Made by a program: the position numbers and the translations under genes. The notes beneath the pieces are model-generated. The model saw only the letters and a list, made by a program, of their open reading frames with translations. It did no database searches and had not been told where the DNA came from. A stretch of DNA of 64,000 bases from Christensenellaceae bacterium (GTDB lineage: Bacteria > Bacillota > Clostridia > Christensenellales > CAG-138). Positions 27,955 through 36,888 of the stretch are shown here, in pieces. How positions within the stretch are numbered: the stretch's first letter is position 1; the number at the start of each line of letters is the position of its first letter. The stretch lies in assembly GCA_022510765.1 (NCBI GenBank), contig JAFLSU010000004.1, forward strand, positions 3,608-67,607. The letters run 5' to 3'.

Positions 27955-28821
27955 ATGAAAAAGCTATCGATTATTATTGCGATTTTGACCCTTCTGTGTG
28001 CGGTAGCACCCGTATCTGCACATACGAAGTCGCAGAAAAATGAACTCGATTCGTGTTACAGGGCAGTAGAGGACAACAATGGACCTATACACTACGGCAG
28101 TGAAGAAAATACTGGGTGGTGTATAAAAGAAAACAAGCATATTAATGGAACTTCAACTAATTATAAGTTCCATAGCTCTGTTTCCAAGAGTGAGAAAGAA
28201 TTGTTTTATTCTGCCGTGAAAAAATGGAGTGATCGCTGCCGGGCAACAATGAATGAAGTCACTTCAGGTAACACGGGGATTGTTTACAAGGGTTATCCGG
28301 AGGATTATGTGTATACAACAGGATGGAATGCTCTTACTATGGGCGATGCCGATTCTCAGGGTCATTTTACAAAATGGGAAATTTATATACATCCATACAC
28401 GACCGTTAAGGAGACCACGCTTATACATGAGATAGGTCACGTATTTGGGTTGGGTGACTTGTATTTGGAAAGCAACAAAGATAGAATAATGTATAACTCT
28501 GATGCTAGGACTGCTACTGTTCCGACCGCGTATGATATTAGTGGTTTTAATGTTATTACCGGAATGCATACAACACATGATTGGAGATATACGAATACAA
28601 GGCGCCAGTGTGCTATTTGTAATGGTACAAAAACCGAGAAGCATTCGTACATCTGGTCTAATTATAGTAGCTCGATGCATAAAGGTGTATGCAGTCTAAC
28701 AGGCGAGGTTGTGTATGAACCACACAAAGATTACATCAATCTTGCCACGGGAGCTTGCAAGCGTTGTGGAAGGACGCAACCATCCATAGTGCCAAGCGAA
28801 TTTGATGAGGTGCCTAATTAA
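27955..28821 (+). CDS. Secreted metzincin-type zinc metalloprotease, snapalysin-like (HEXXHXXGXXD), with a Cys-rich C-terminal extension
   Basis: Signal peptide MKKLSIIIAILTLLCAVAPVSA. Motif HEIGHVFGLGD, followed by a candidate Met-turn (RIMY). CxxC pairs CAIC and CKRC. Sampled lines are about 33-40% G+C. Confidence 0.65.
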   Translation: MKKLSIIIAILTLLCAVAPVSAHTKSQKNELDSCYRAVEDNNGPIHYGSEENTGWCIKENKHINGTSTNYKFHSSVSKSEKELFYSAVKKWSDRCRATMNEVTSGNTGIVYKGYPEDYVYTTGWNALTMGDADSQGHFTKWEIYIHPYTTVKETTLIHEIGHVFGLGDLYLESNKDRIMYNSDARTATVPTAYDISGFNVITGMHTTHDWRYTNTRRQCAICNGTKTEKHSYIWSNYSSSMHKGVCSLTGEVVYEPHKDYINLATGACKRCGRTQPSIVPSEFDEVPN

Positions 28822-28914
28822 TATACTGCTCCGAACAGATATGAATGTTTGGGAGATAATAAGTTAACTGAACTATATTTAGCGAATTGTGTCAGTTAAG
28901 CATTTATTTAACTG

Positions 28915-28990
28915 CTGCTCTGCGGTCTCGAAAGACCTCAGGGCGTTTTTCTATGCGGATGCAAGCTGTGTCAAATGCTTTTGAACCGGG
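28915..28990 (+). repeat. Direct repeat R2 on the right flank of the low-GC islet
   Basis: CTGCTCTGCGGTCTCGAAAGACCTCAGGGCGTTTTTCTATGCGGATGCAAG(+12 nt)TGCTTTTGA. About 85% identical to R1 by eye. Confidence 0.7.
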
Positions 28991-28995
28991 CAGCA

Positions 28996-29088
28996 ATACT
29001 AACATACGTCTAAATCATTTATCATATGTGCCGTTCTTGTGCAATTTTGCGGTGAATATTAGTCAAGATTTTAGCGGTATGTTAGTAT
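28996..29088 (+). mobile_element. MITE-like element, family A, copy 4 (93 bp, perfect 12-bp terminal inverted repeats)
   Basis: ATACTAACATAC ... GTATGTTAGTAT. No coding capacity. Confidence 0.65.
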
Positions 29089-29182
29089 AAGAAGTTTTTA
29101 TATACCCGGGACAGCCCTCGGTTCAACTTATATTTCAAATTGGGTTTCGACTCAAAATTCATCAAAATAACACAATTTCTTA

Positions 29183-29211
29183 TTGCCATGCAACACAAGA
29201 TGTTGTATAAT
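29183..29211 (+). promoter_or_regulatory. Candidate promoter of zapA
   Basis: TTGCCA-17 nt-TATAAT. Confidence 0.5.
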
Positions 29212-29246
29212 ACCTATCAGATAAATCTACTGGTTGGTGGTGGAGC

Positions 29247-29558
29247 ATGAGTAAGAACAGCGTTGTCGTAAATCTCGCAGGACAGGAGTTCCGTATTTCC
29301 GGCTCGGAGAATACAGAGTATATTAAGTCCCTCGAAGAAATGGTGAACCTCAGAATTCAGGATGTGCAGCAGCAGTATCCCGGCATGAGCATGAACAGGT
29401 GTGCTTTGCTCGCCATGCTCAATTTGGAGGATGAGCTTGCCAAGATGAAGGAAAGCTATGATGCGCTTGACGCAAAGATCGCTCAACTGAGGGAGATGCC
29501 AAGGGTTGCTATGCCCGTTGCCCGCGCGACGGCGCCGAAGACCCCCGTGGGTGTCTGA
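29247..29558 (+). CDS. zapA: Cell division protein ZapA
   Basis: 103 aa. The N-terminus (VNLAGQEFRISGSENTEYIKSLEEMVN) is typical of ZapA. Confidence 0.85.
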   Translation: MSKNSVVVNLAGQEFRISGSENTEYIKSLEEMVNLRIQDVQQQYPGMSMNRCALLAMLNLEDELAKMKESYDALDAKIAQLREMPRVAMPVARATAPKTPVGV

Positions 29559-29634
29559 TACTTAAGCCTTTCGACCCTCCGCTAAGGTTTCCTTTTCGGA
29601 GGATTTTATTTATAGAATCGATATTGGTGATTTA

Positions 29635-31737
29635 ATGGAATTGCTTTCGCCCGCGGGCAGCATGGAATGCCTTGTTGCTGCGGTACAGAACGGCGCGGAC
29701 GCGGTTTATTTTGGCGGCGGCAGCTTCAATGCGAGAAGATATGCCGATAATTTCGTTGGTGACAGGTTGATTCGTGCCATAGATTATTGCCATGAGCGTG
29801 ACACACGCGCATATATTACTTTAAATACGCTCGTTTTCGACCGAGAGATACCCGCAGCGCTTGATTTTGCCTCGGAGCTGTACAGCCTTGGCGCGGATGC
29901 CGTGCTTGTACAGGATATTGGGCTTGCAAGCGCGATAAGGCACTCCCTGCCTAACCTAACCTTGCACGCAAGCACCCAGATGGGAATACATGATCTTGGC
30001 GGTCTTGAATACTGCCATGATTGTGGGTTTACCCGTGCCGTGCTTGCGAGGGAAACGAGACTTGAGTGGATAAAATATCTTGTAAAGCACAGCAAAATTG
30101 AGATAGAGACCTTTGCCCACGGCGCACTCTGCATGAGCTTCTCGGGAAGCTGCCTGTATTCGTCTATGTCCGGGGAAAGAAGCGGCAACCGAGGCACCTG
30201 CGCTCAGCCCTGCCGCAAGCGGGCGAGTACCAGCGGTCGGCCGGGCGAAGATGATTTTTGCCTTTCGCCAAGCGACATCTGTATGCTGGAGCATCTTAGC
30301 GCGCTGCGCGACGCGGGCGTTGCATGCGTAAAGATTGAAGGCCGCATGAAGAAGCCCGAGTACGTTGCTATTGTTACGAGGGCGTACCGCGCGGCACTCG
30401 ACGGTGCGAGCGACAAGGAGATAAGAAAGCTTAAATCGGAGCTTTTCGAGCTGTTCAACAGGGGCAGCTTCAATACCGCGCATCTGTTTTCCGATTCGGT
30501 TCGCACAGACAGGGTCGGCAGCAGCAAGCCGAGCAAGGAACTCGTTGCCTTAGCTCAAAGCAGCATGGCGGGCGAGAACAGGAAGCGCGAAGTGGATATG
30601 CGCCTTGTGCTGAAGGTCGGCGAAAACGCGAGCCTGTCAGCAAAAAGTGAAGGACATGAGGTCGAATGCAACGGCGCGGTCGTGCAGCGGGCAAACCGTC
30701 CGCAGACGGCGGAAGTTTACGTTGAACGCCTGAAAAAGCTTGGGGATACGCCGTTCAGCCTTGGAAGATGCAGCGTCAGCATGGCGAAGGATTGCTATAT
30801 TTCTGCTGCTGAACTAAATGCCATGCGGCGGGATGCCGTTTCGAAGCTGCTTAATGAATTCCATGTTCGAAATGCAGTTCCGAAAATTGAAGTTTCAGAT
30901 AGGAATGTAGTACCTTTAAATAAGAATAATACTATCGCAGAGCCAATTGTGTATGCAAGGGCAGCATCAGCTAAGTCCGCGCGGATTGCGTTCGATAACG
31001 GCGCAGATTATGTCGCCATTGAACCGATAAAATTTGAAATCAATCAATTCGCTGATCTTCAACACTATAGGGACGAGGGCAAAAAATTGATTGTTGCCCT
31101 CCCAAATGTTATCATAAATGAGACTCAGCAGGCTTCCGTTCGGAAATTGCTCGAAAGCGGATTACTTGACGGCGCGGAGGCAAACAATATTGGTCAGACG
31201 GAGATGATAAAGAATCTTCCCATACGCATTGCCGGAATCGGTATGAACGCTATGAATTCTCATACCGTAAACGAACTGATTAGGCTGGGATATAATTTCG
31301 TCATACCGTCCCCCGAGCTTACCGGGGTGCAGCTTGCCGCATTGGCGGAGAAATGCTCCGAAAGGCTCTTGATCTGGCTCCATGGCAGGGTTCCGCTGAT
31401 GCAGCTATTGCACTGTCCCGTAAAGGAGCATGGCGGCTGCCTTGACTGCAACGGAGAGGCGGGGCGCGTGACCGATGAGGCGGGGCGCGAGTTTCCGCTT
31501 ATCAATACAAAGTTTTCAGATAAATGCCTTGTGCGCATGCTTAATTGCCGCACGACGGACTTGATAGATATATATGATGAGCTGCCCCGGGCGGCAGGTG
31601 CGGTGCTTAGCTTTTCGGGTGAGGCTGAGGATATGATGATAGATAGGCTTTCTGCTTTTACGGCGGCGCGAAGCGGGAGGAGCGTTCCACAGCTTCCAAA
31701 CTCCACGAGAGGACATTTCAATCGAAAGGTTGAATAA
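29635..31737 (+). CDS. U32-family peptidase-like protein, long form
   Basis: U32 signature region (ETFAHGALCMSFSGSCLYSS..SGNRGTCAQPCR). 700 aa with a second TIM-like half. Confidence 0.9.
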   Translation: MELLSPAGSMECLVAAVQNGADAVYFGGGSFNARRYADNFVGDRLIRAIDYCHERDTRAYITLNTLVFDREIPAALDFASELYSLGADAVLVQDIGLASAIRHSLPNLTLHASTQMGIHDLGGLEYCHDCGFTRAVLARETRLEWIKYLVKHSKIEIETFAHGALCMSFSGSCLYSSMSGERSGNRGTCAQPCRKRASTSGRPGEDDFCLSPSDICMLEHLSALRDAGVACVKIEGRMKKPEYVAIVTRAYRAALDGASDKEIRKLKSELFELFNRGSFNTAHLFSDSVRTDRVGSSKPSKELVALAQSSMAGENRKREVDMRLVLKVGENASLSAKSEGHEVECNGAVVQRANRPQTAEVYVERLKKLGDTPFSLGRCSVSMAKDCYISAAELNAMRRDAVSKLLNEFHVRNAVPKIEVSDRNVVPLNKNNTIAEPIVYARAASAKSARIAFDNGADYVAIEPIKFEINQFADLQHYRDEGKKLIVALPNVIINETQQASVRKLLESGLLDGAEANNIGQTEMIKNLPIRIAGIGMNAMNSHTVNELIRLGYNFVIPSPELTGVQLAALAEKCSERLLIWLHGRVPLMQLLHCPVKEHGGCLDCNGEAGRVTDEAGREFPLINTKFSDKCLVRMLNCRTTDLIDIYDELPRAAGAVLSFSGEAEDMMIDRLSAFTAARSGRSVPQLPNSTRGHFNRKVE

Positions 31738-31784
31738 CACAATACACCTGTGTTCGTTCATAAATTCATAGGACTGGTGAAAAA

Positions 31785-34154
31785 ATGATTTCCGAAAAGG
31801 TTTTAAAGACCCTTGAATACGATAAAATTTTAAAAAAACTACAAACGCATTGCGGCTGCTGCGTCAGCAGAGAGCTTGCGGATGAGCTGCGTCCGCTTAC
31901 GGAGCTTGACGATGTGTACTCGGAGCTGAGGCTTACGAGCGAAGCCGAGAGTTTTTTCCTTAAAACGGGCTATTCGCCAGTGGACGATTTTCCGGATATG
32001 CGTTCGGCACTAAAGCGGATGAATGCCGCGCTGTTTTTAAGCTGCGAAGAATTGCTGAATATCGGAAAATGCCTAAAGGCCGTCCGCATAGCTCGGGAGC
32101 AGCTTACGCCCTTGACCGCGAAGGACGATGATGATACCCCGTGCGGGATTGCGAATCTTGCGAGCGGTTTGATAGCGCATAAGTACCTCGAAGAAGAGAT
32201 ACAGCGCTGCATACTCAACGAGGACGAACTCTTCGACGGTGCGTCTCCAGCGCTTGCGAGGATAAGGCGCAATATGCGCATTGCGAATGAGCGCGTTCGG
32301 GAAAAGCTGAACAGCATCATCCGTTCCTCGACCTACTCAAAATATCTTCAGGATCCGTTGATAACGATACGCAACGGCAGGTTTGTAGTCCCAGTTAAGC
32401 AGGAGTACAGGGCGAATATACCGGGTCTCATTCACGATCAATCGGGCAGCGGACAGACGCTGTTTGTCGAGCCGACCGACGTAGTGGAGCTTGGAAACGA
32501 ATATAAAAAGCTAGTCATCGAGGAGCAGGCGGAGGTCGAACGCATTTTGACAGAGCTTACCGCCATGATAAAGCCCTCCGCTAACGATATTTATACCGAC
32601 CTATTCACACTTGGAAGGATTGACCTGTGCTTTGCAAAGGCGAAGCTTGCCAAGGAAATGCGGGCTGTTATGCCGAAGCTCAATGGTAGCGGCGTTTTGC
32701 GCATCGTAAAGGGCAGGCATCCGTTGATAGCTTCGCATTCCGTAGTCCCGATTGATATATGGCTGGGTTCGGATTTTACGACTTTGATCGTAACGGGTTC
32801 CAATACGGGCGGAAAGACCGTCACACTTAAGACCACCGGACTATTCACGCTCATGGCGCAGTCGGGTATGTTCATCCCTGCGAACGTTGGCACGGAAATT
32901 TCAGTGTTTGAAAGCATTTTTGCCGATATTGGCGACGAGCAAAGCATCGAGCAGTCCCTATCGACCTTTTCGAGCCATATGCGAAATATCGTAGGCATCT
33001 TGGAAAATGCGGATGAAAAATCCCTTGTTTTGCTCGATGAGCTGGGCGCGGGAACCGATCCCATAGAGGGCGCGGCGCTTGCGATGAGCATACTTGAGGA
33101 TCTGCATATGCGGGGTTCCTTCACCGTTGCGACCACGCATTACAGCGAGATAAAGGCCTTTGCGCTGACGCACGCCGGAATGGAGAACGCTTCCATGGAG
33201 TTCGATGTCGATAAGCTCTGCCCGACATACAGGCTTTTTATTGGCATTCCTGGTAAATCCAACGCCTTTGAAATAAGCAGGCGGCTCGGCATCAGCGAAT
33301 ACATAATCAATAACGCCCGCGCCTTCATCAAGAAGGAGGACACGGATTTTGAGGCCATCCTTTCCGACGCGGAGATGAAAAAGCGTCGCGCGGAGGAGGA
33401 GATGGAGCTTGCCGAGCAGGCGAGGCAGGAACATGACAGGCTCACGCGTGAGCTAAGGGAGGAGCGCGAGAAGCTCGAACGGGAAAAGAGTGAGCTTCGG
33501 CTCAAGGCGCGGGAGGACGCGCGTAAGATAGTTGCCGACGCAAAGCGCGAGATGGAGCAGATCATCGTTCAGCTTCGTTCGATAAAGGACATCGACAGGC
33601 GCGCCATGGACAGAATAGTGCAACAGCAGCGAGATGAGCTAAGAAAGGCCGAGGGAGAGCTTGCGGAGGATCTTCCGATGCTTCGCACGGGCGACGGAAA
33701 GCCGCCCAAGATGGTGCTCCCCGGGCAGACGGTAAAGGTGTTGAGTCTCGATAAGACCGCGACCGTGCTCAAAAAGCCGGATAAAAACGGCGAAGTGCAG
33801 GTTCAGGTAGGAATAATCAAACTATCGGTGCGGCTTGATGACATTCGCATCGCTGCAGAAGCGGAGCAGGCGAAGTCGAATGTAAAAGTGGAATATAATC
33901 CTGCCGATACGGTCGGATTGGAGCTGGATATTAGGGGTATGCTCGTGGACGACGCAAAGCCGATCGTCGATAAATACCTTTATAGTGCCAACCAGCAGGG
34001 GCTTACCGAGGTGAATATCATTCATGGAAAGGGTACCGGTGCGCTTCGTGCGGGGATACAGGAGTATCTCAAGCGGCATCCGCGCTGCAAGTCCTTTAGA
34101 AACGGCAATTACGGCGAGGGCGATTTCGGTGTAACGGTCGTGACCCTGCGTTAA
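31785..34154 (+). CDS. mutS2: Endonuclease MutS2
   Basis: Walker A GSNTGGKT. Long charged coiled coil. C-terminal Smr domain (LDIRGM..IIHGKGTGALR). Confidence 0.95.
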   Translation: MISEKVLKTLEYDKILKKLQTHCGCCVSRELADELRPLTELDDVYSELRLTSEAESFFLKTGYSPVDDFPDMRSALKRMNAALFLSCEELLNIGKCLKAVRIAREQLTPLTAKDDDDTPCGIANLASGLIAHKYLEEEIQRCILNEDELFDGASPALARIRRNMRIANERVREKLNSIIRSSTYSKYLQDPLITIRNGRFVVPVKQEYRANIPGLIHDQSGSGQTLFVEPTDVVELGNEYKKLVIEEQAEVERILTELTAMIKPSANDIYTDLFTLGRIDLCFAKAKLAKEMRAVMPKLNGSGVLRIVKGRHPLIASHSVVPIDIWLGSDFTTLIVTGSNTGGKTVTLKTTGLFTLMAQSGMFIPANVGTEISVFESIFADIGDEQSIEQSLSTFSSHMRNIVGILENADEKSLVLLDELGAGTDPIEGAALAMSILEDLHMRGSFTVATTHYSEIKAFALTHAGMENASMEFDVDKLCPTYRLFIGIPGKSNAFEISRRLGISEYIINNARAFIKKEDTDFEAILSDAEMKKRRAEEEMELAEQARQEHDRLTRELREEREKLEREKSELRLKAREDARKIVADAKREMEQIIVQLRSIKDIDRRAMDRIVQQQRDELRKAEGELAEDLPMLRTGDGKPPKMVLPGQTVKVLSLDKTATVLKKPDKNGEVQVQVGIIKLSVRLDDIRIAAEAEQAKSNVKVEYNPADTVGLELDIRGMLVDDAKPIVDKYLYSANQQGLTEVNIIHGKGTGALRAGIQEYLKRHPRCKSFRNGNYGEGDFGVTVVTLR

Positions 34155-34225
34155 AAGCAAAAATTTCTTTATCATGGCGATTTGTTCATAATTTATTAAC
34201 AATTAGCTGGTGGTTAGGTGGTAAA

Positions 34226-34660
34226 ATGATTCTGGTATCAAGCTGCCTTGCGGGCATACCATGCAGGTATGACGCGAGGCCAAAAACGAACAAAGACATT
34301 ATGACTCTTGTGGATTCGGGACAAGCCATTCCCGTATGTCCCGAACGTTTGGGCGGGCTTCCGACCCCGCGGCCTAAGGCTGAGATTTTCGGCGGGGACG
34401 GGGAGGATGTACTCAACGGCTTTGCTATAGTTCACACCGATGACTGGAAGGATGTGACCGAAAGCTTCGTAAAAGGAGCCGAGGCCGTATTAAAGATAGC
34501 AAAGGATAATGGGATACGCTATGCGATCCTGCGCGCGAACAGCCCATCATGCGGCTGCGGATGTATATACAACGGAAGTTTTTCCGGCGTTAAACACGGA
34601 GGGGACGGTGTGACCACCGCTCTATTAAAACGAAATGGCATAATCGTGGATTCCATATGA
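34226..34660 (+). CDS. DUF523-family protein (TudS-like thiouracil desulfidase family)
   Basis: N-terminus ILVSSCLAGIPCRYD and a later SPSCG motif are typical of DUF523. Confidence 0.8.
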   Translation: MILVSSCLAGIPCRYDARPKTNKDIMTLVDSGQAIPVCPERLGGLPTPRPKAEIFGGDGEDVLNGFAIVHTDDWKDVTESFVKGAEAVLKIAKDNGIRYAILRANSPSCGCGCIYNGSFSGVKHGGDGVTTALLKRNGIIVDSI

Positions 34661-34733
34661 ATCGGGCTCCGAGTGGGTTTTGGAGCCGCCATGGAACGAC
34701 CGATTTAATCTCACTTAAGGATGCACTATTAAA

Positions 34734-35423
34734 ATGGAAAATGAATTAATTCTTGTCGTCGATGATGACGAAAAAATATGTCAGGTTTTGACGCTGTATC
34801 TCAGAAGCAAGGGGTACGAGGTCGTGATATGCAAGAGCGGAAACAGGGCAATGTCGGTCTTTCGCGAGTGCAATCCAAAGCTCGTTTTGCTCGACATAAT
34901 GCTCCCAGGTATGGACGGCTGGGAGATACTTTCCAAAATACGCAAGATAAGCAATGTACCCGTCATAATGCTCACCGCAAAGGGCGATACGACGGACAGG
35001 GTGCAGGGGCTTGACTGCGGCGCGGATGATTATATCGTGAAACCATTCGATTCCAAGGAGCTTATCGCGAGGATAAGAGCGGTGCTTCGTCGCTCGGCGC
35101 AGCCCGAGGAAACGGAGCGCAGCAGCGTCACGATAGGTAATCTTGAGATCGACATAAAGAACTATATAATTATGCTTGACGGCGAACCCGTGGATATGCC
35201 GCCGAAGGAGATCGAACTGCTCTATTATTTCATCCAACATCAGGATAAGGTGCTCTCAAGAGGACAGCTTCTTGACGGAGTGTGGGGATTCGACTTTTAT
35301 GGCGACAGCAGAACCGTCGATGTTCACGTCAAGCGCATAAGGGATCGCTTCGGTGAGAATAAGTATTGGCGGATACGCACCATCTGGAGCGTTGGCTATA
35401 AATTTGAAAGGCTTGACGAGTAA
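34734..35423 (+). CDS. OmpR-family response regulator
   Basis: Receiver domain (LVVDDD, LLDIMLPGMDG, LTAKG) plus a winged-helix output domain (RTVDVHVKRIRDRF). Confidence 0.95.
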   Translation: MENELILVVDDDEKICQVLTLYLRSKGYEVVICKSGNRAMSVFRECNPKLVLLDIMLPGMDGWEILSKIRKISNVPVIMLTAKGDTTDRVQGLDCGADDYIVKPFDSKELIARIRAVLRRSAQPEETERSSVTIGNLEIDIKNYIIMLDGEPVDMPPKEIELLYYFIQHQDKVLSRGQLLDGVWGFDFYGDSRTVDVHVKRIRDRFGENKYWRIRTIWSVGYKFERLDE

Positions 35424-35425
35424 CG

Positions 35426-36862
35426 ATGTTTAAAACCCTTTTTGCAAGGATGCTGGTGTCATACCTCGCGGTTGCCATGGGTGTGCTTGTAATACTCGGT
35501 TTTATGGCGACAGGCATATTCAGAAGCCATTACATAAATGAAGTCAAATCCGAACTCACACGTGAATCGAATGAGATAAATCGTATCCTGCTTGAAGAAT
35601 ATATTGACACAAGGAAGCAGCCCATTGCAAGGGAACGATTGTTTGCTATAGTCAGGCAGTACGGAGCGATGATCCAATTCCGTTTTGATGACCCGAAGTA
35701 CGGAAGCGTCGATATCGTTGACGAAGAGAATATGGCTAAGTGGCAGGCCTGCGGTGAGGCGGACCTTTCGGCTATTTCCGAGCAGATGAAAAGCAGCCCG
35801 GACTTTTATTCCTACAACTTCGACTTCATGAGCGAGTACACCGATATAAGGACTCTGACCATAATAAGACCCTTACAGTACGGGGACGGAAAGCGCATGG
35901 GCGTGCTGCTATTGCATTACGATATGCAGAGCATATATCAGGCGCTCGACAGTCTTTATCTTGACGTTTTTATGTCGGCGTTGATCGCGGTCTTGATTAC
36001 GGTTCCGGTTGCGTTTATAATTACTAAGTACACGACAAGCCCGGTTTCGCATATCAACGATGTAGTAACGGATTTTTCCCACGGGAGATACGAAACAAGG
36101 GTCGTTGTGCGCAGAGAGGATGAGCTTGGCAGGCTCGGTGCAAGCTTCAATGCCATGGCGGATCAGGTGGCGGGTCTTGAAAAGGCCAGACGCGACTTTG
36201 TTGCCAATGTTTCGCATGAGCTGCGTTCGCCGCTCACCTCGATAAGGGGCTTCCTTGAAGCGATGGAGGACGGCACCATTCCGGAGGATGAGCATCAGAA
36301 GTATATTGAAATAGTGCTTGATGAAACCAGACGAATGACGGGCATGGTCAACGATCTTCTCGATATAGCCAGGATAGAATCGGGACAGTATAAGCTCAAT
36401 GTAATCAATTTTGATATCAACGAGCTGATAGGTCGAGTGCTTATCACGTTTGAAGCGCGAATTCTTGCAAAGGGCTTGGATGTTGACGTAAGGCTTAGCG
36501 ACGAACCGCTGTATGTTGTGGCGGACAGGGACAGGATAGGGCAGGTTCTGCACAATCTTATCGACAACGCCATAAAGTACGCAAAGGCGGAGGGAGGCAT
36601 ATTGACCGTGGAGAGCAGCGTCAACCGTCAGAACGTGACCGTGCGCGTCGGAGATAACGGTACGGGCATTCCGAAGCAGGATATCCCGCATATCTTCGAT
36701 CGCTTCTACAAGGTCGAAAAGGCGCATACCTACGGTAGCAGGTCGGGCACGGGGTTAGGACTGTCGATAGCAAAGCTTATCATCGATCAGCATAATTGCG
36801 AGATCAAAGTGAAGTCCGATGAAAAGGGGACGGATTTCATCTTTACGCTGAAAAAGCATTAG
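35426..36862 (+). CDS. Sensor histidine kinase (2 TM, HAMP, HisKA, HATPase_c)
   Basis: H-box SHELRSPLTSI, N-box DNAIKY and G-boxes DNGTGIP and GTGLGLSIA. Confidence 0.9.
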   Translation: MFKTLFARMLVSYLAVAMGVLVILGFMATGIFRSHYINEVKSELTRESNEINRILLEEYIDTRKQPIARERLFAIVRQYGAMIQFRFDDPKYGSVDIVDEENMAKWQACGEADLSAISEQMKSSPDFYSYNFDFMSEYTDIRTLTIIRPLQYGDGKRMGVLLLHYDMQSIYQALDSLYLDVFMSALIAVLITVPVAFIITKYTTSPVSHINDVVTDFSHGRYETRVVVRREDELGRLGASFNAMADQVAGLEKARRDFVANVSHELRSPLTSIRGFLEAMEDGTIPEDEHQKYIEIVLDETRRMTGMVNDLLDIARIESGQYKLNVINFDINELIGRVLITFEARILAKGLDVDVRLSDEPLYVVADRDRIGQVLHNLIDNAIKYAKAEGGILTVESSVNRQNVTVRVGDNGTGIPKQDIPHIFDRFYKVEKAHTYGSRSGTGLGLSIAKLIIDQHNCEIKVKSDEKGTDFIFTLKKH

Positions 36863-36888
36863 AGAATACTAAGATTGGAGGATCTCAC

